Positions 58,531 to 64,000 of a DNA stretch of 64,000 nucleotides are shown here, piece after piece; within the stretch, counting starts at the first letter, position 1, and each line of letters begins with the position of its first letter. A model generated the notes under the pieces. That model had not been told where the DNA came from. It saw only the letters and a program-made list of their open reading frames with translations, and searched no databases. The position numbers and the translations under genes are program-made. The stretch is from contig OY969801.1 in assembly GCA_963703225.1 (NCBI GenBank), positions 2,196,669 through 2,260,668 on the forward strand. The letters are read 5' to 3'. This DNA is from Candidatus Eiseniibacteriota bacterium (GTDB taxonomy: Bacteria; Eisenbacteria; RBG-16-71-46; SZUA-252).

Positions 58531-60318
58531 GTGAGACAAGTGAAACCGACCGATACCCGAAATCCCGATTACTTCCATAAGGTCGTCGATTGCCAGTGGG
58601 CCTGCCCCGCGCACACGAACGTGCCGGAATATATCCGGATGATTGCCCAAGGGCGCTACACCGACGCCTATATGCTGAACCGGGAGTCCAACGTGTTTCC
58701 CGGCATCCTGGGCCGCACCTGCGACCGTCCCTGCGAGCCCGCCTGCCGGCGCGGGCGGCTCGAGGGAGATAAACCCGTAGCCATTTGCCGGCTCAAGCGG
58801 GTGGCCGCCGACCTCAAAGGCGAGATCGGCCATCTCTTGCCCAAAGCTCCGGCCCAGAAGAACGGGAAGCGGGTGGCTCTGATCGGAGCCGGTCCGGCAT
58901 CCCTGACCGTGGCCAACGATCTGATGCCCTTGGGCTACGGCGTGGTGCTTTTCGAAAAATACGACAAGCCCGGAGGGCTGATGCGCACCAACATCCCCTC
59001 CTTCCGCCTCCCCGAGAAGGTGCTCCAGGAGGAGTCCGATGCGATCTTGGACATGGGGGTCGACGTTCGTTACAAGTCCCCGGTCACGAGTATGCGGACG
59101 CTCCTAGAGGAACGATTCGACGCCGTCTTCGTCGGCAGCGGCGCCCCCCGCGGCAAGGATCTGCAGCTCCCAGGACGCTCCGAGGCGGCCCCCAACATCC
59201 ACATCGGTATCGACTGGCTCGAATCGCTCGCGTTCAAGCACATCGACAAGATCGGCGAGCGGGTATTGATCATCGGTGTCGGCAACACCGCTATGGACTG
59301 CTGCCGCTCGGCGCGACGATTGGGGGGCCGGGATATCAAGGTGATGGCCCGCCGCCCGCGGGGTTTCTTCAAAGCTTCCCCTTGGGAGCTAGAAGATGCC
59401 GAAGAGGAGGGAATTGAAATCCTCGTCAACCACGCCCCGAAGCGTTTCGTGCTGGAAGGTGGGAAACTGGTCGGAATGGAATTCGAGCGGTTGGAGTGGG
59501 ACACCGACGCCAGACATTCGAGGACAGCCGATCCCGTCATTCTCCCTTGCGATGACGTGATCCTGGCCATCGGTCAGGAGGCGGCCTTTCCCTGGATCGA
59601 GCGGGATATCGGCATCGAATTCGGCGAGCAAGGCCTCCCCGTCGTGGATGAGTCCACCTTTATGTCCACCCGGCCCGGCGTCTTCTTCGGGGGCGACGCG
59701 CCCTGGGGCCCGAAGAACATCATTTGGGCCGTCGCCCACGGGCACGAAGCCGCTATCTCCATTCATCAGTATGCGCACGGCGAGCCGTTGACCCTCCGGC
59801 CGCCCCGCGGTCTGAATCTAACGAGTCAGAAGATGGGAATATCGGAGTGGAGCTATTCCAACGACTTCAATCCTGTGCTGCGCCAGAAGATGAAGCATGT
59901 CGATCTGGCGAAGCGCTTTCGGGAATTGTCCATCGAGGTGGAGCTCGGCTTCACGCCCGAGCAGGCCGCCCGCGAAGTAGAGCGCTGTCTAAATTGCGAC
60001 GTGCAGACCGTTTTTGCCGCTCCGCGCTGCATCGAGTGCGATGCCTGCATCGACGTCTGCCCCGTCCACTGCCTGACCATCGCCCGCGACGGCGAGGAGA
60101 AGGATCTGAGGAACCGGCTCACGGCCCCCGCCATCAACCCCGAGCAGGCCCTCTTTGTCTCCGAAGAGCTGCCCCAGACGAAACGGCTGATGCTCAAAGA
60201 TGAGAATATCTGCGTGCATTGCGGACTCTGCGCCGAGCGTTGTCCCACCGCTGCCTGGGACATGCAAAAGTCGGATGTCCTCCTGCCCTACGCTGGGAAC
60301 CGCACATGCCCGAAGTGA
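58531..60318 (+). CDS. GltD/SudA-like FAD/NAD(P) oxidoreductase with Fe-S clusters and C-terminal 2[4Fe-4S] ferredoxin
   Basis: CQWACPAH, GRTCDRPCEPAC, IGAGPAS, IGVGNTAMDC, CIECDACIDVCP, CVHCGLCAERCP. Confidence 0.92.
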   Translation: MRQVKPTDTRNPDYFHKVVDCQWACPAHTNVPEYIRMIAQGRYTDAYMLNRESNVFPGILGRTCDRPCEPACRRGRLEGDKPVAICRLKRVAADLKGEIGHLLPKAPAQKNGKRVALIGAGPASLTVANDLMPLGYGVVLFEKYDKPGGLMRTNIPSFRLPEKVLQEESDAILDMGVDVRYKSPVTSMRTLLEERFDAVFVGSGAPRGKDLQLPGRSEAAPNIHIGIDWLESLAFKHIDKIGERVLIIGVGNTAMDCCRSARRLGGRDIKVMARRPRGFFKASPWELEDAEEEGIEILVNHAPKRFVLEGGKLVGMEFERLEWDTDARHSRTADPVILPCDDVILAIGQEAAFPWIERDIGIEFGEQGLPVVDESTFMSTRPGVFFGGDAPWGPKNIIWAVAHGHEAAISIHQYAHGEPLTLRPPRGLNLTSQKMGISEWSYSNDFNPVLRQKMKHVDLAKRFRELSIEVELGFTPEQAAREVERCLNCDVQTVFAAPRCIECDACIDVCPVHCLTIARDGEEKDLRNRLTAPAINPEQALFVSEELPQTKRLMLKDENICVHCGLCAERCPTAAWDMQKSDVLLPYAGNRTCPK

Positions 60319-62195
60319 ATTCCCGCGTAAACGATTTCGCCTTCAAGCTGGCCAACGTCAACGGCACTGGCTCGGCCTCCGCGAACGGGCTGCTGATGCA
60401 GGCGATCTTTCGGATGGGGATTCCCGTCTCCGGCAAGAACCTCTTTCCGTCCAACATACAGGGGCTCCCCACCTGGTATGAAATCCGGGTGAACAAGAAC
60501 GGCCGGACCGCCCGGGCGTTGGAATATGACTTGATCGTCGCCATGAACGCTCAGACGTACGCGCGCGACGTCAAGGAAGTTCGCCCGGGGGGCTACCTGC
60601 TCTTCGACTCGACTTGGCCTCTCGAAAAGGGCCTCCAGCGTCCGGACGTGACCTTCTTGGGCGTTCCGTTCGCTCAGCTCTGCGTCGAACACTTCCAAGA
60701 GCCGCGCGAGCGGATCCTCATGAAGAACATAGCCTACACGGGCAGCGTGATCGCCCTTCTGGACATCGAGCTGAGCGTGGCCGAAGAGCTCCTGCAGGAA
60801 ACGTTCGGTAAGAAGAAGGCCCTGCTCGAGTCCAACCACAAAGCGTTGAGGCTGGGCTATGACTCCGCCAAGCAAGACCTCGAGTGCCCCCTCCCGTTCC
60901 GGGTGCAGAGGATGAACGCCAACGGCGATAAGATCTTGATCGACGGAAACACAGCCACCGCCCTGGGAGCGCTTTATGCGGGCTGCACGGTCGCGGCCTG
61001 GTATCCGATTACGCCCGCGACCTCCGTGATGGAGTCGTTCAAGAGCCTGTGCGAGCGCTACCGCAAAGACCCCCAAACCGGGAAGAACAACTTCGCGATT
61101 CTGCAGGCCGAAGACGAGCTCGCGGCCATCGGCATCGTCATCGGCGCGGGCTGGGCCGGCGCCCGTGCCTTCACCTCCACTGCAGGGCCGGGCGTTTCCT
61201 TGATGAACGAGTTCCTTGGGCTCGCCTACTACGCAGAAATCCCGGCGGTCCTGGTGGACGTGCAACGGGTCGGCCCCTCCACCGGAATGCCGACCCGAAC
61301 CCAGCAGGCCGACCTGCTCCTCTGCGCCTACGCATCCCACGGCGATACCAAGCATATCTTGTTATTCCCGGCCCATCCGGCCGAGTGTTTCGAGTTCGCC
61401 GTGAAATCGTTCGACCTGGCCGAGAAATTCCAGACGCCGGTGATTCTAATGAGTGATCTGGATATCGGGATGAACGACTGGGTGGTGCCTCGCTTATCCT
61501 GGGACAACAGCTACAAACCCGACCGCGGGCGCGTGCTCTCCGCCGAGCAGATCGAGAAACTGACCGCCTTCCACCGCTACTCGGACGAGGACGAAAATTT
61601 CGTGACGCCCCGCACTCTTCCGGGGGTCTCTCCCAAAGGGGCGTATCTGACGCGCGGCTCCGGACATAACCGGCTGGGCGGCTACACCGAGCTGCCCGAA
61701 GAGTATCAGGATGTTGTCGACCGGCTCGCCAAGAAGCACCGTGCCGCGGCCCAGTTCATTCCTCCTCCGGTCATCGACTTGTCCCGGAGCTCGCATGGGA
61801 AGCGGAAGGGGAAAGCGCCGTTCTCCCTCGTTACCCTGGGCGGGTGCGACGCGGCCGTCCGCGAGGCCCTCGATCTGTTGTCGGAGCAGGGAATCCCCGG
61901 CGACTACATGCGCATCCGCGGCTTCCCGTTCGGTGCCGAGGTGGAAACGTTCTTGAACGCCCACAACGTCAATTACATCGTAGAACAGAACCGCGACCAC
62001 CAGCTGAAGTCCCTGATCGCACTGGAAACGAACGTCCCCAAGGAAAAGCTCGAGTCGTTGCTCTATTACGGCGGCTATCCCCTGAGTGCCGGTCAAGTCG
62101 TGGAGGGCTTCCTGTCGGCCATCGGAAGACAGGATGGTGAAACCGCGCGCCGTCTCGGGGGCATGCCGAAGGCCCTGAGCGGGGCCGAAGGATGA
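60306..62195 (+). CDS. korA: 2-oxoacid:acceptor oxidoreductase, alpha subunit
   Basis: NVNGTGSAS, YPITPATS, QAEDELAAIG, TSTAGPGVSLM, QRVGPSTGMPTR. Confidence 0.93.
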   Translation: MPEVNSRVNDFAFKLANVNGTGSASANGLLMQAIFRMGIPVSGKNLFPSNIQGLPTWYEIRVNKNGRTARALEYDLIVAMNAQTYARDVKEVRPGGYLLFDSTWPLEKGLQRPDVTFLGVPFAQLCVEHFQEPRERILMKNIAYTGSVIALLDIELSVAEELLQETFGKKKALLESNHKALRLGYDSAKQDLECPLPFRVQRMNANGDKILIDGNTATALGALYAGCTVAAWYPITPATSVMESFKSLCERYRKDPQTGKNNFAILQAEDELAAIGIVIGAGWAGARAFTSTAGPGVSLMNEFLGLAYYAEIPAVLVDVQRVGPSTGMPTRTQQADLLLCAYASHGDTKHILLFPAHPAECFEFAVKSFDLAEKFQTPVILMSDLDIGMNDWVVPRLSWDNSYKPDRGRVLSAEQIEKLTAFHRYSDEDENFVTPRTLPGVSPKGAYLTRGSGHNRLGGYTELPEEYQDVVDRLAKKHRAAAQFIPPPVIDLSRSSHGKRKGKAPFSLVTLGGCDAAVREALDLLSEQGIPGDYMRIRGFPFGAEVETFLNAHNVNYIVEQNRDHQLKSLIALETNVPKEKLESLLYYGGYPLSAGQVVEGFLSAIGRQDGETARRLGGMPKALSGAEG

Positions 62196-62202
62196 GACAG
62201 GG

Positions 62203-63252
62203 ATGCCATCGATTTCCAAACCGATAGCCGTCCACCCGGGTCTGCAAACAAACGACCTCGGGCTGACCGTTCGCGATTACGAAGGGGCGATGTCTACGCT
62301 GTGCGCCGGCTGCGGGCACGATTCGGTTACCGCTGCCTTGATCCGGGCACTCTGGGAGCTTTCCATCCAGCCGCATCGAATCGCCAAGATGAGCGGCATC
62401 GGCTGTTCGTCCAAGACCCCGACTTATTTTGCGTCCGGCGCCCATGGTTTCAACGCCGTACACGGCCGGATGCCCGCCGTGGCCACCGGCGCCGCGGCTG
62501 CCAACCGGGAGCTCCACTACATCGGAATCTCCGGAGACGGCGATTCGCTTTCGATCGGATTAGGACAGATGTCTCACGCCATCCGCCGAAATGTCCGGAT
62601 GCTCTACGTCATCGAGAACAACGGCGTCTACGGGCTGACCAAAGGGCAGTTCTCCGCCTCGGCGGATGTCGGATCGAAGTTGAAAAAGGGGGAGGGGAAC
62701 CGGATGGCGCCGATCGACCCGGTGTTTCTCGGGCTTTCCATCGGCGCGACATTTGTAGCTCGGAGTTTTTCGGGCGACAAGGAGCAGTTGGTGCCGATTC
62801 TGAAGGTCGCTTTGAAGCACCGCGGACTGGCGCTGGTGGATGTCATTTCCCCTTGCGTCACCTTCAACGACCACGAGGGCTCCACCAAGAGCTACTTGTA
62901 CACCCGCAGGCACGACAAGCCGGTCGCCCAGGCCGATTTTGTTCCGCCGGCGGAAGAGATTTCAACTCCGATCGGCAAGGGCGTCACCACAATTGCGATG
63001 CACGACGGCGGCCTCGTGCGCTTTTCAGCCGTTCCGGAAGGGTATGACCCCCGCGACCGGGCCCAAGTCTTTCACTACCTGCAGCATCAGGACCAAGGAG
63101 TGATTCCGACCGGGCTCTTGTATTTGGACGAGTCCGTCCCCGACATGCACGAAATGAACAACACAAGCGACACGCCCCTGGTCCAAGTCCCCTTCGAATT
63201 CCTCTGCCCCGGTTCTAGAGCGCTGGAGGAGCTCATGGAGGATTTTCGATGA
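62203..63252 (+). CDS. korB: 2-oxoacid:ferredoxin oxidoreductase, beta subunit
   Basis: LCAGCGHD, SGIGCSS, HGRMPAVATG, TPP motif GDGDSLSIG..ENNGVYGLTKGQ, SPCVTFN. Confidence 0.94.
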   Translation: MPSISKPIAVHPGLQTNDLGLTVRDYEGAMSTLCAGCGHDSVTAALIRALWELSIQPHRIAKMSGIGCSSKTPTYFASGAHGFNAVHGRMPAVATGAAAANRELHYIGISGDGDSLSIGLGQMSHAIRRNVRMLYVIENNGVYGLTKGQFSASADVGSKLKKGEGNRMAPIDPVFLGLSIGATFVARSFSGDKEQLVPILKVALKHRGLALVDVISPCVTFNDHEGSTKSYLYTRRHDKPVAQADFVPPAEEISTPIGKGVTTIAMHDGGLVRFSAVPEGYDPRDRAQVFHYLQHQDQGVIPTGLLYLDESVPDMHEMNNTSDTPLVQVPFEFLCPGSRALEELMEDFR

Positions 63253-63271
63253 TCATGAGGCTCTCAGCCTT

Positions 63272-63288
63272 GTGACCGGATCGTGACC
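63272..63288. repeat. Tandem 11-bp-period gtgacc repeat
   Basis: gtgaccggatc-gtgacc(att), resembling the island arm motifs. Confidence 0.4.
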
Positions 63289-63328
63289 ATTTGAGCGCCC
63301 TCTCCTGCCCTCCCGTGTCCCCCGATGG

Positions 63329-63877
63329 CTACCTTATCGGCTCATACCGCATCGCCACCGCCCCCGAGCCGAACTCTAGCCGGCTCACGAGCTTCAAGTC
63401 GATACGCCTCGATAGCCCCGCGAACAACGTCGGCCCATGGCCCGCTAGCCTGGGGTGCACCACGAATTCGTACTCATCGATCAATCCCAGCTCCGCCAAC
63501 GCCAGCGGGAGCGTCACACCCCCCGTGAATAGCCCTCTCCCCGACTCCCGCTTGAGCTTCTGAACGGCCTTGCCCAGATCCCCGCGCACGAGCTCCGCGT
63601 TCCAATCGACCCGGTCCAGGGTGCTCGACACGACGTACTTCTTTGCCACGTCGATCGTCCGGGCGAAGGGTTCCGTCCAATCAGGCATCGCGACCGTCCG
63701 CGTCGACAGCCGCCACGCTGCCTCCATCATTTCGTAGGTCACTCGGCCAAAGAGGAGGGCATCGGCCTGGGCGATGTTCTCGACCGCGTGGCGGTGCAGC
63801 TCTTGGTCCGCGATCCCCACACGATGATCGCAGCACCCGTCCAAGGTGACGTTGATGGAATACCGAAGGGGTCGCAT
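63329..63877 (-). CDS. Dihydrofolate reductase / RibD C-terminal family protein
   Basis: INVTLDG, ALLFGRVTYEMM, KYVVSSTL, GLIDEYEFVVHP..GHGPTLF. Confidence 0.93.
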   Translation of the reverse strand: MRPLRYSINVTLDGCCDHRVGIADQELHRHAVENIAQADALLFGRVTYEMMEAAWRLSTRTVAMPDWTEPFARTIDVAKKYVVSSTLDRVDWNAELVRGDLGKAVQKLKRESGRGLFTGGVTLPLALAELGLIDEYEFVVHPRLAGHGPTLFAGLSRRIDLKLVSRLEFGSGAVAMRYEPIR

Positions 63878-64000
63878 TACGCAAGAGTACCGCCGATAGG
63901 GTGGACGAACAAGGTAGCCCGCTTCAGGGCTAGGAGCCACTCACGTAACGCATGACGATGACAATTTGAGAGTGGACCGTCCGAACTACTTGTACAGCGA

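Overview
High-GC bacterial chromosome segment. From gene content (MglAB, SpoVG, SelA, a FlgD-Ig/T9SS-type C-terminal domain, a TPR-sigma54-type regulator) I infer an FCB-related lineage such as Ca. Eisenbacteria, but this is not verifiable here. 0-43.3 kb is mostly core genes on the minus strand: a TPR-AAA+ regulator with a small secreted ORF, a GGDEF protein (+ strand), ftsY, smc, a SPOR protein, selA, livKHMGF, rplI/rpsR/rpsF, pth, rplY, prs, tRNA-Gln, spoVG, ispE, sugar genes, alaS, recX/recA, thpR, cinA, pgpA, mglAB, recR/ybaB/dnaX, SRP RNA, tadA and a tRNA cluster. Five single-base frameshifts cluster at 8.7-16.3 kb and are most likely assembly indels. 43.3-64 kb is an accessory zone anchored on tRNA-Ser(TGA). 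An intact copy (54688-54775) is flanked by a displaced 3' half (47144-47202) and, unusually, also by a displaced 5' half (57290-57328). The 7.5-kb island between the intact gene and the 3' half keeps matching arm-like repeats at both ends but has no recognisable integrase. It carries nuclease/defence-like cargo (DUF3800, membrane-anchored Mrr, a Zn-ribbon PD-(D/E)xK-like gene coupled to an unknown gene, FRG), punctuated by three copies of an unexplained 77-135 bp direct repeat. Other highlights: a fully punctuated gene for a 108-aa protein that is 55% Arg+Lys (protamine/Hc2-like), an 11-aa tandem repeat inserted between the N and G domains of FtsY, a GAFTGA-less TPR regulator next to a small secreted protein, and an SRP RNA of intermediate length.
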